NCBI GenBank assembly: GCA_963755125.1
Contig: CAVWIP010000011.1
Span: 73,304-137,303 of the forward strand
Direction of reading: 5' to 3'
DNA from: an uncultured delta proteobacterium
GTDB taxonomy: Bacteria; Myxococcota_A; Polyangia; Fen-1088
DNA length: 64,000 nucleotides
A program made the translations under genes and the position numbers. Shown piece after piece: positions 46,983 through 55,293 of this stretch. Under the pieces are notes generated by a model that saw nothing but the letters and a program-made list of their open reading frames with translations, had not been told where the DNA came from and did no database searches. Numbering within the stretch: position 1 is the first letter of the stretch; every line of letters begins with the position of its first letter.

Positions 46983-48593
46983 ATGAGCACCGATCTCTCC
47001 CAACTTGGCACCTGGAATCCCGGCGGGGAGCCGGCGTGTTTCGACGAAGGCGCGCTGGCTGCCGCCGTAGCGCGCGTGCGCGAGCCTGCGCATGTCGTGC
47101 GCGAGGGATCGCGTGGCCGGCTGGGCGTGGGCTTTGGGGGGCGGGTTTCACCCGACGGCGTGGGCTATCCCCTGCTCGGCACTCTGCCGGGGCTCTATCC
47201 CGAATGGCTCGGGGATCGTTCGTTCTGCGAAACCCATGGCGTGCGCTTCCCCTACGTGGTGGGCGAGATGGCGCGCGGGATCACCACCGCGCGCATGGTG
47301 ATCGCCATGGCGCGCGCGGGAATGATGGGGTTTTTCGGCGCGGGCGGGCTTGCCCCGGCCCAGGTGGGCAAGGCTCTCGATGAGATCGAGGCCGCGCTTG
47401 GCAAGGACGGGCCAGCCTGGGGCGCCAACCTGATCCATTCGCCGCACAGCCCTGATCTGGAAAACGTGATCGCCGATCTCTATCTTTCCCACGGCGTCCG
47501 TCGCCTCTGCGTCTCGGCTTTCATGGGACTGACGCCCGCGGTGGTTCTGTGTGCGGCCAGGGGACTGCACCGCGATCCCCAGGGTCGCATCCAGCGCCGC
47601 CAGCACATCTTCGCCAAGCTGTCGCGGCCCGAGGTGGCCGAGCCGTTCATGAGCCCAGCGCCGCCCGCGCTGCTGGACCCTCTCGTACGCGCGGGCAAGC
47701 TCACCACCGAGGAAGCCACCCTGGCCGCGCATGTCCCGGTGGCTGAAGACATCACGGCCGAGGCCGATTCGGGCGGGCACACCGACAACCGGCCGCTCGC
47801 GGCTTTGCTCCCGGTGCTGCTCACCCTGCGCGATCGGTTACGGCAGCAGCATCGCTACCCTCGCCCCATCCGCGTGGGCGCGGCTGGCGGTTTGGGCACG
47901 CCCGCCGCAGTGGCCGCGGCCTTTTCTCTCGGCGCCGCCTATGTGGTCACTGGCTCGGTCAACCAGGCCGCGGTCGAGTCGGGCCTGGCCGAGGATGGAA
48001 AGCGCATGCTCGCGGAAGCGGGCCTGGCCGACGTGATGATGGCCCCTTGCGCGGACATGTTCGAGCTGGGGGTCAGGGTGCAGGTCCTGCGCCGCGGAAC
48101 CATGTACGGCGGCCGCGCGCAGCGCTTGTACGATCTCTATCGTTCCTACGACAGCCTGGAGGCGCTGCCGGCAGAAATGCGCCAGCGTATGGAGAGCGAG
48201 ATTCTGGGCGCGAGTTGCGACGAGGTTTGGTCCGAGGTGCGGCACTTCTTCGAGACGCGCGACCCGCGCGAACTGGAGCGAGCGCAGCGCGAACCCAAGC
48301 ACCGCATGGCCCTGGTGTTTCGCTGGTACCTGGGCATGGCCAGCAAGTGGCCGGTGGTGGGCGAGTCGCGCCGGCGGCTCGACTACCAGATCTGGTGCGG
48401 CCCGGCCATGGGCGCGTTCAACGATTGGGTGCGCGGATCATTTCTGGAGGCGCAAGCGAATCGCAGCGTGGTGCAGATCGCGCTCAATCTCCTGGAAGGC
48501 GCGGCGGTCATCACGCGCGCCCAGCAACTGCGCACGATTGGCGTTGCGATGCCGGCCGCGGCGTTCAGCTTCACGCCCCGATTGCTGGGTTGA
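46983..48593 (+). CDS. PfaD-family enoyl reductase (FMN-dependent nitronate-monooxygenase-like; trans-acting ER of PUFA/PKS systems)
   Basis: FPYVVGEMARGITTARMVIAMARAGMMGFFGAGGL ... GANLIHSPHSPDLE parallels PfaD (YAYIAGAMANGI..MVVAMGKAGMLGFFGAGGL ... FNLIHSP). Confidence 0.75.
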   Translation: MSTDLSQLGTWNPGGEPACFDEGALAAAVARVREPAHVVREGSRGRLGVGFGGRVSPDGVGYPLLGTLPGLYPEWLGDRSFCETHGVRFPYVVGEMARGITTARMVIAMARAGMMGFFGAGGLAPAQVGKALDEIEAALGKDGPAWGANLIHSPHSPDLENVIADLYLSHGVRRLCVSAFMGLTPAVVLCAARGLHRDPQGRIQRRQHIFAKLSRPEVAEPFMSPAPPALLDPLVRAGKLTTEEATLAAHVPVAEDITAEADSGGHTDNRPLAALLPVLLTLRDRLRQQHRYPRPIRVGAAGGLGTPAAVAAAFSLGAAYVVTGSVNQAAVESGLAEDGKRMLAEAGLADVMMAPCADMFELGVRVQVLRRGTMYGGRAQRLYDLYRSYDSLEALPAEMRQRMESEILGASCDEVWSEVRHFFETRDPRELERAQREPKHRMALVFRWYLGMASKWPVVGESRRRLDYQIWCGPAMGAFNDWVRGSFLEAQANRSVVQIALNLLEGAAVITRAQQLRTIGVAMPAAAFSFTPRLLG

Positions 48594-48606
48594 CCACCGC
48601 TGTTTC

Positions 48607-49275
48607 ATGACACCGCCGACGCGCATCGTGCACAACGCCGACGCCATCGCGTGGCTACAGGCACAGGGCAAGCTGGCGGGCGCGAGCGTGATAACGTCGC
48701 TGCCAGATGTTTCAGAGCTGCCGCGCCTGGGGTTGGACGGCTGGCGGTGCTGGTTTGAAGACGCGGCTGTCCTGGTGATGACGTGTACGCCAGACGAAGG
48801 CGCAGCCATCTTCTTCCAGAGCGACATCAAGCGCGGCGGTTTGTGGCTCGACAAAGGAGCCCTGGTCAGCCGTGCCGCCGAGCGCGCGGGCATGAGCCAG
48901 CTGTTTCACAAGATCGTCTGTCGCAAGCCGCCCGGCACTTCCAGCTTCGGCCGGGCGACCTACGCGCACATGCTGGGCTTTGCCCGTGGACTACCCTGCG
49001 GCCAGAGACAGGCGCGCATCGACGTGTTGCCCGACGGAGGTTTTCAGCCCGGCCCGAAGTCGATGGGCGTCCACGCTTGTCTCGACGCCTGCCGCTTCGT
49101 CCAGGCCGAGACCACCACGCGCACTGTGGTCGATCCCTTCTGCGGCTGGGGCACAGTCCTGGCCGTGGCCAATGCCCTGGGCCTAGACGCCGTGGGCGTG
49201 GACATCGCGCCGCGCATGTGCGGCCGGGCGCGCAAGTTGCGGCTCGAACTGGAGACCGGTCAAATGACTTCGTGA
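48607..49275 (+). CDS. DNA-methylase N-4/N-6-like protein with degenerate catalytic motif (SLPD in place of DPPY) and motif-I-like DPFCGWGT
   Basis: The N-terminus RIVHNADAIAWLQ...GASVITSLPDVS follows the beta-class amino-MTase layout (gDa..l..l....vdliitDPPY) but lacks the PP(Y/F). VVDPFCGWGTVLAVANALGLDAVGVDI resembles motif I (DPFxGSGTT). Confidence 0.45.
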   Translation: MTPPTRIVHNADAIAWLQAQGKLAGASVITSLPDVSELPRLGLDGWRCWFEDAAVLVMTCTPDEGAAIFFQSDIKRGGLWLDKGALVSRAAERAGMSQLFHKIVCRKPPGTSSFGRATYAHMLGFARGLPCGQRQARIDVLPDGGFQPGPKSMGVHACLDACRFVQAETTTRTVVDPFCGWGTVLAVANALGLDAVGVDIAPRMCGRARKLRLELETGQMTS

Positions 49276-49470
49276 CCGCCCAACCTTGACGAACCCAGTT
49301 GCGGTATCACAAGCAAATGCACTCGGGCCTACGGTGAGGGTGGGTGGTCTCGAACGCGTTCCCGTTTTGTACCCGACGATGCGATTCCTGCCGGCGACGA
49401 AACGGATCGCCTATTCCGATGGGGCTGCAAGACTTATCGCGACCTATTCAGCAGCCGGCAACTCCTGGGG

Positions 49471-50694
49471 TTGGAGTTCATCTGTCGGCAGGTCGCGACG
49501 CAGACGGACTGTCGAATTCGCAAGGCGCTCGCCACCAATCTGTCGGATCTCCTTCGCTATCAGAACATGTTGTGCCGCTACGACACGATGGCGTTGAAGT
49601 CGCTCGACGTGTTCTCTGTTCACGGTTTCCCTATCGGATTTGTTCATGCCGAATCGAATCTCCTCGGCATCAGGGGCAGCGGAACCAGCACTGTCGTGGG
49701 TAGCGGGGGCTGGTTGAACATCACGGACAAGTACGGGAAGGCCAAGGCCTACTGTGAGAAACCCTTCGAGATCCGACACCGAGGGGCCGCTAAGGTGGTC
49801 GTCCCCATCCCCGGGGAGCACATCGGGTCAGCTCGCTCCCACGAACGTGGGGCTGCCATGCAGCGCAAGATTGCGCTCCACTGCGAAAATGCTGAGTCAT
49901 GCAAACTGGGCGACGCAACTATCGACGCCGTGTTCACGGATCCGCCCTATCTGGGAAACGTCCAGTACGCGGAGCTGATGGACTTCTGCTACGTTTGGCT
50001 ACGAAAGCTCGTAGGCCCGGAACACGCGGCTTTCAAGGGTGCGTCGACCAGGAACGAAAACGAGCTGACGGGAAACGCCAACATGGGACGCGGATTGGAG
50101 CAGTTCGCGACGGGTCTGTCCCGCATCTTTCGCCGCATGGGCAAGGCTCTGAAGCCCGGCGCTTCCCTTGCGTTCACGTTCCACCACAACTTCATCGAGG
50201 CGTATCACGCTGTTGCAGTGGCAGTTCTCGACTCCGGGCTCGCTTGCACGGCGAGCATCCCTTGCCCTGCGGAAATGGGCGCCTCGATTCACATTAGCGG
50301 AACCGGCTCCTCAATCGTCGACACGGTGTTGGTGTGCAGAAGCACTGGCACGGTGCCTCGACGGTCGATCTGTGATTCCCCAGAAAGTGTGGCGGAGTTG
50401 GTGCGGCGCGATCTCGACCTGCTCGTGCGTGGCCACGTGGAAGCGACCAAAGGCGACATTCGGTGCATAGCCGCAGGTCATCTAACCCGACTCGCCATTT
50501 GGTTCAATCGCAAGACTTGGGATCGAACTTTGCCGGCTCGGGAACGTCTTTCGCGCGTGGCCGCGTGGATCGCAACTCTGGGGGGAATGGACGCAGTTAC
50601 GCGGGCGCTTGAAAGCGACTACGCTGGCGCCGCGCATCTCCAGCGCCACCAGGCATGTGAACCAGAGGGCACCTATGCACAAGTATCCTTTTGA
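49471..50694 (+). CDS. Hypothetical protein with amino-methyltransferase motif IV (IDAVFTDPPYLGNVQYAELMDFCYVWLRKL); lower-GC island; possibly a fragment of a degraded large methyltransferase
   Basis: DPPY motif at aa ~160. Out-of-frame ORFs at 49286-49703 just upstream may be frameshifted fragments of the same gene. Confidence 0.4.
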   Translation: MEFICRQVATQTDCRIRKALATNLSDLLRYQNMLCRYDTMALKSLDVFSVHGFPIGFVHAESNLLGIRGSGTSTVVGSGGWLNITDKYGKAKAYCEKPFEIRHRGAAKVVVPIPGEHIGSARSHERGAAMQRKIALHCENAESCKLGDATIDAVFTDPPYLGNVQYAELMDFCYVWLRKLVGPEHAAFKGASTRNENELTGNANMGRGLEQFATGLSRIFRRMGKALKPGASLAFTFHHNFIEAYHAVAVAVLDSGLACTASIPCPAEMGASIHISGTGSSIVDTVLVCRSTGTVPRRSICDSPESVAELVRRDLDLLVRGHVEATKGDIRCIAAGHLTRLAIWFNRKTWDRTLPARERLSRVAAWIATLGGMDAVTRALESDYAGAAHLQRHQACEPEGTYAQVSF

Positions 50695-50887
50695 AGTTGG
50701 CTTCGACCGGATCCGATTGATCGACTGTACACATCTCAGAGATTTTCGATCGAGGCGGAAGTAGGTCGCCAACGCCTTACGTGGAAGACGCCCGGCTGCT
50801 GCCATAGGCGCATGCAACCTGCCGCCAGCACGGGAGTCGTCATGGCCATGCGCGTTTGATGTAATATCGGTCCTCTCAACCCCCGCG

Positions 50888-52252
50888 ATGCGATTCTTCG
50901 ATGGCGAGAGCGGCCCCGCGAATCCCGGTGAACCCGGGGCGCAGACCAACGTCGGGCCGACCTTCCTTCGGCAGCGGCGCGTGCTGTTGCTCATGGCCCT
51001 GCTGGGCCTCGTCGTCTGCACCGACCTCGTCCGATACATGGACCCCATTGGCGAGAAGCACTTTCCCCTGCTGGAGCCGGGTGCGGCGGACTTCTCGGTC
51101 ATCTTCGACGGCACCCGGGTCTTTCTCGACGGCCACAATCCCTACTACTACCGCGACGCCGGCTCCCTGGATCCCTGGCGGCGGGGCGACATCATTGGCG
51201 GTCGCTGGTTTCGGGTCTCGTATCAGCCGTCGCACTTTCTCATCTACATTCCCGTGGCGCTCATCACCACCGACAACCGGGAGGCGGGACGGCTCATGTT
51301 CACGATCTCGGTGGCGCTCTACTTCCTCATCGCCGTCATGACCTGGCGGCTCGTGCTGCGGGTCGCGCAACCTGCGGGCGAGACGCGCAGCTTGGCCTTG
51401 CTGCTCTTGCCCGTGCTTGCCGTGATCATCCTGGCCAACGTCGGCACGGCCCTGTCTCTTGCGCGTTGTCAGAGCGACGTCATCAACGCCACCATGTGCT
51501 GGGCCGCCGTGTTGCTATTCCTGCGCGGGCAGCGATTCTGGCCCATGTTCCTGGTCACCACCGCCATCTCGATGAAGGGCTATCCGGCCATTCTCGGGAC
51601 AGGGTTGTTCCTGCTGGGATTGCGCCGGGGCGGTTGGCGAGCGGAGATCGGCGGCGTCCTGTCGGCGATGGTGCTGTGGCTGGGGCCGGTTTTGCCCTAC
51701 CTGCACGACGGCGCCATCGCGGCTCTCAGCCACGCGATGGGGTTCTTCACCGATTATTGGTTCAATCAGTCATTCGCAAACGTCTTCTATCACCTCGCGC
51801 CCGGGCTGACGGACTTCGGTGTAAAGGCCGTCAGCGCCTTCAACCTGTGTGTGAGCGCGGGGTGCTGGTGGCACGCCCAGCGTGCTCTGCGCCGCGGCGA
51901 CGCCCCCGCGACGACTGTCTGGCTGTGCATGTTCGCCACCGCCGCGCTGACCACGATGATCGGCGCGTCGAGACTGAGCTTCATCTACAACCAGATCCTC
52001 ATCCTGCCCGGCGTCCTGCTGCTGTTCGTGGTCGGGGATTCGTTCTGGCGCCATTGCGGTTTCGCCGAACGGACGATGCGCTGGCTCTTCGCCTGCGAGG
52101 CGCTGATGGGGTTCCTCGTGCTGAAGTACGTTTGGCCGCCATTGCAGTTCCCGCTCGCGGGTGTGGGGAACCTGGTCCTCGTGCTTCTCATCGCCACTGG
52201 TGTGGTGGGTCGCCTGCTTCGGCGGCAAGGCGAAAACCCCGCCCAGTCCTGA
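50888..52252 (+). CDS. Polytopic integral membrane protein (possible GT-C-type glycosyltransferase / DUF2029-like)
   Basis: About 11 TM helices. Short lumenal loops with DxD-like RDAGSLDPWRRGD. The start is uncertain. Confidence 0.4.
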   Translation: MRFFDGESGPANPGEPGAQTNVGPTFLRQRRVLLLMALLGLVVCTDLVRYMDPIGEKHFPLLEPGAADFSVIFDGTRVFLDGHNPYYYRDAGSLDPWRRGDIIGGRWFRVSYQPSHFLIYIPVALITTDNREAGRLMFTISVALYFLIAVMTWRLVLRVAQPAGETRSLALLLLPVLAVIILANVGTALSLARCQSDVINATMCWAAVLLFLRGQRFWPMFLVTTAISMKGYPAILGTGLFLLGLRRGGWRAEIGGVLSAMVLWLGPVLPYLHDGAIAALSHAMGFFTDYWFNQSFANVFYHLAPGLTDFGVKAVSAFNLCVSAGCWWHAQRALRRGDAPATTVWLCMFATAALTTMIGASRLSFIYNQILILPGVLLLFVVGDSFWRHCGFAERTMRWLFACEALMGFLVLKYVWPPLQFPLAGVGNLVLVLLIATGVVGRLLRRQGENPAQS

Positions 52253-52347
52253 ACCGGCACAGCCGGAAAGCGCAGCGGTGATCGCCAACATCGTGCCGGA
52301 TGCCAACGCAAGGTTTCGCACGTCTGCCCTGCCCTTCCCCGGAGTGA

Positions 52348-52791
52348 CTAGTCAGCGCCGGCTCGCTCAAGGATCCCGCGGATGGCCTCAGCGTGCGCCT
52401 CTTCCTGCTTGCCGACCAGTTGGAAGAACGCGGACGCGTCTCCGGTGCACGAGCTGGCCAGAGCGTCGTAGTAGAGGATAGCGCTGTTCTCGGCCTCGAT
52501 GGCAAACTCGAGCGCCTGCTGCATGTCCATGCCGGCGGCCTCGGCTCCCGCGGGTGAGATCTCGATGGCATTCACCAGCGTATCCGCTCGCTCGGGCAAA
52601 TCGCCCTGCACGAGAGCGGCGGCCATGTCCTGCAGACGCATGGCGTGCCCCTGCTCCTGCGCGGCAATGTCGACCAGAGTGCGCCGGACATCCTCGCTGC
52701 CCGCGGACTCCGCCATGCTCAGGTAAAATTCTTCGGCCGCCTGCTCGGCTGCGATGGCGTTGCGGATTGCCTGGGCCAGCGTGATTGCCAT
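52348..52791 (-). CDS. Ferritin-like/rubrerythrin-like diiron-motif protein
   Basis: Two E..H motifs (AAEQAAEEFY...AAQEQGHAMRL; EFAIEAENSAILYY...KQEEAHAEAIRG). GGAAAGGA RBS before the ATG at 52791. Confidence 0.55.
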   Translation of the reverse strand: MAITLAQAIRNAIAAEQAAEEFYLSMAESAGSEDVRRTLVDIAAQEQGHAMRLQDMAAALVQGDLPERADTLVNAIEISPAGAEAAGMDMQQALEFAIEAENSAILYYDALASSCTGDASAFFQLVGKQEEAHAEAIRGILERAGAD

Positions 52792-53046
52792 GCACGTCCT
52801 TTCCCCGGCTATGGTATCACGGTCGCCAGAGGCACGGCGGGGCCTGTGTACGCACACCATTGGGCTGGCATCCTCTCGGTCGTATTGTAGTGGTCTTCCT
52901 TGCCGCCGGGCGCGTGGTGAATCTGGCCTGTGCTAGTATCGCCCAATGCGCTCGTTGACTGCCGCACCTCTGGCCTGTTCGTTTCAACGAGACTATTTGT
53001 TAAATGGCCCCGGCAAATCTTTCTTCCGGGCATAGCGGCGTCCGCG

Positions 53047-54975
53047 ATGGAGAAGAGTCAGTCGGTTTCTGCTAGGCATCGCATTGCATTGGCGCTGGTC
53101 CTGACGGGGCTGTCGCTGCTGCTCATCCGCGCCGCGCTGGTCGTCGATCTGCTGCCCACCAACGACGGGCCCCAGCACCTGTTCTCCAGCTACGCTGCGG
53201 TTCATTTGGACGACGCCGGCACCGGCTATTCCCGCTACCTGGAGGTCGGTACACCCAGCACCAGCCTGGGATTCGACGGTCTGTATCGTGCGCTGCTGGT
53301 CGCATTCGACTGGCGTCTGGCGCACCAGGTGGCCATCGCCATCATGGCGCTGGTGTGGGCCTGGGGTACGGTGGCCCTGGCCGGCGCACTAGGGAGAACG
53401 TGGCTGGGTTTGCTGGGGTTCGTGGCGGCGTACCAGTGGATCCTGTACATGGGGTTCTACTCGTTCTTCCTTTCGGCCGGCGTCGGGCTGTTCCTGGTGG
53501 CAGGCGCCTGCAGCGACCGAGCGCTGTCCACGCGACGGCACGTCCTGCTGGGAGTGGGCCTGCTCTGCCAGGTCCTGCTGCACGTGTTCCCCGCCCTGCT
53601 CACCGCCTTGGTCATGGCCATCGTGCTGTTCTTGCGCGCCCAGCCCGGCCGCCGCAGGGTCGAGCTCGCACGCATCGCCGCCATGACAACTCCGGTTGTC
53701 GTTCCTCTGCTGCTCTCTCTTCACGGCACGACCACGGTATTCGCGGGTCCGGCCGCTTCCCTGGGCGAGCGGCTGCTCTTGCTCGGGCAGGCCTTCGTGG
53801 GCGGACCCTCGTGGCGGGCATTCTCCCTGCCCTTACTGGCCGGGTGCGGGTTGCTGGCCACGCTGCTGCGGTGGCGGGCCGGCGCGAAGACGGCCGGCGT
53901 TTCATCGCCTTCGTCGGCTGAGAAGGGGCTGGCGCTGGCGGGCGTGTTGCTGGTCGCTCTGGCGGTCGCGCTGCCCCTCAGCCTGCCGACGTGGCAATTC
54001 TTCTGCGTTCGCTTCTCGCCCATGGGCATCACCATTCTGGCGCTGCTGCTGCCCATCGAGCGCCTGCAACGGCTGTCGCTGGTCTGGGCTGCGCGCATGG
54101 GTTTGCTGGTGCTCGCGTGCACCTCGCTGGCGTGGTCGAGCTGGTTCCACGTTCTGTTGCGACGCTGGGCCGCAGACGCCCTGTCGGGCCTGGACGCCCC
54201 TATCAGGCGATCGGGCCCCCGCCTCGATCTCACCCTCGCCAAGGAATTGCCAAGCCCATGGTTTCCCTTCCTCGCTCCCCTGCACGGGCTGGTCCCGCTT
54301 TACGCCACCGCGCAGGGCGGAACCCCCTCACGCATGTTCATCGGTGCCTCGGACAAACATATCCTGCAATATCGCCGCCACCCGGCTGGCCCCATCCTGG
54401 ACATTCCCCCGCCCGAGGAAATCCAGTCCCTCAACCATTTTCCCGACCGATCCCGCCGCCTGCGGCAGCTCGATGACTTGCTCAGCTACGCTCCCGGCTA
54501 CGACGACATCGTCCTGTACGGCTCGGCCGCGGACGTGGAGGCGCTCACCCGACGTGGCTTTCACATCGACTTCTCACGGGGCGCGCTGGCTATCGCCCGC
54601 TTTCGCGCCTGTCCGGTCGACATCGAGCTGGTCGAGCGCAGCCCTACCCGCCCAGCGGTGTTCCTCGAGATAGCCTGGCATCGACACGGGCGCATCCGGG
54701 CGATGCCCAGCTTGCCGGCCGGCGCCCCCGACAGCGGAAGTCGCCGCGTGCACATCCCGGACAGTCCCTGCGGCCCGTTCTGGTTCCGGGTGGTGTTCGA
54801 CCGCAATGGCGACGGAAGGTCCAGCCCGGGCGATGCCGTGTGCGCCGAGGCCTCGGCCGAGGCCTTTGTCCGCGTCGAGCCGAGCGACGCGCCCCGGCTG
54901 GTCAAGTGCACGGAACCCGAATCAGCCGGGGCCGCCGGTCACGCCGGCCCGTCAGGCTCTCCTGACAGCCGCTGA
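53047..54975 (+). CDS. Hypothetical polytopic membrane protein with C-terminal soluble domain
   Basis: ATG at 53047 (MEKSQSVSARHRIALALVLTGLSLLL). About 10 TM helices followed by a ~250-aa Pro/Arg-rich soluble region. Confidence 0.45.
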   Translation: MEKSQSVSARHRIALALVLTGLSLLLIRAALVVDLLPTNDGPQHLFSSYAAVHLDDAGTGYSRYLEVGTPSTSLGFDGLYRALLVAFDWRLAHQVAIAIMALVWAWGTVALAGALGRTWLGLLGFVAAYQWILYMGFYSFFLSAGVGLFLVAGACSDRALSTRRHVLLGVGLLCQVLLHVFPALLTALVMAIVLFLRAQPGRRRVELARIAAMTTPVVVPLLLSLHGTTTVFAGPAASLGERLLLLGQAFVGGPSWRAFSLPLLAGCGLLATLLRWRAGAKTAGVSSPSSAEKGLALAGVLLVALAVALPLSLPTWQFFCVRFSPMGITILALLLPIERLQRLSLVWAARMGLLVLACTSLAWSSWFHVLLRRWAADALSGLDAPIRRSGPRLDLTLAKELPSPWFPFLAPLHGLVPLYATAQGGTPSRMFIGASDKHILQYRRHPAGPILDIPPPEEIQSLNHFPDRSRRLRQLDDLLSYAPGYDDIVLYGSAADVEALTRRGFHIDFSRGALAIARFRACPVDIELVERSPTRPAVFLEIAWHRHGRIRAMPSLPAGAPDSGSRRVHIPDSPCGPFWFRVVFDRNGDGRSSPGDAVCAEASAEAFVRVEPSDAPRLVKCTEPESAGAAGHAGPSGSPDSR

Positions 54976-55221
54976 TGGCGTGCGGGTGCAGACAGTGCGA
55001 CACCTTGCTATTGTTGCAAGGAGTGAAACAGGCTGCGGGGCACGAATGACGTCACGCCACGCTTGCCAGCGGAGTGGTGACACAGGATGGCCTATGCGTG
55101 CGCTAGTGCCTCGGCGCCCTTCGGATGCCGGAACTTGCGATGACTCCCGCAGGCTGGCTCCTCAATGAAACCAGCCCGCTTCAGATCAGCAATCAGCTCC
55201 CGAAGTTTCCGCGGCACTGGA

Positions 55222-55246
55222 GGATAGTATCATACTGATACTATCC
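55222..55246. terminator. Perfect AT-rich inverted repeat GGATAGTATCA-TAC-TGATACTATCC between convergent genes (possible bidirectional terminator or protein-binding site)
   Basis: 11-bp arms are exact reverse complements. Unusually AT-rich for this genome. No flanking T-run. Confidence 0.3.
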
Positions 55247-55293
55247 AGGTGCAAGTCTCGGCGTGGCGACATTCTCTCCGGATCAACCTGCCC

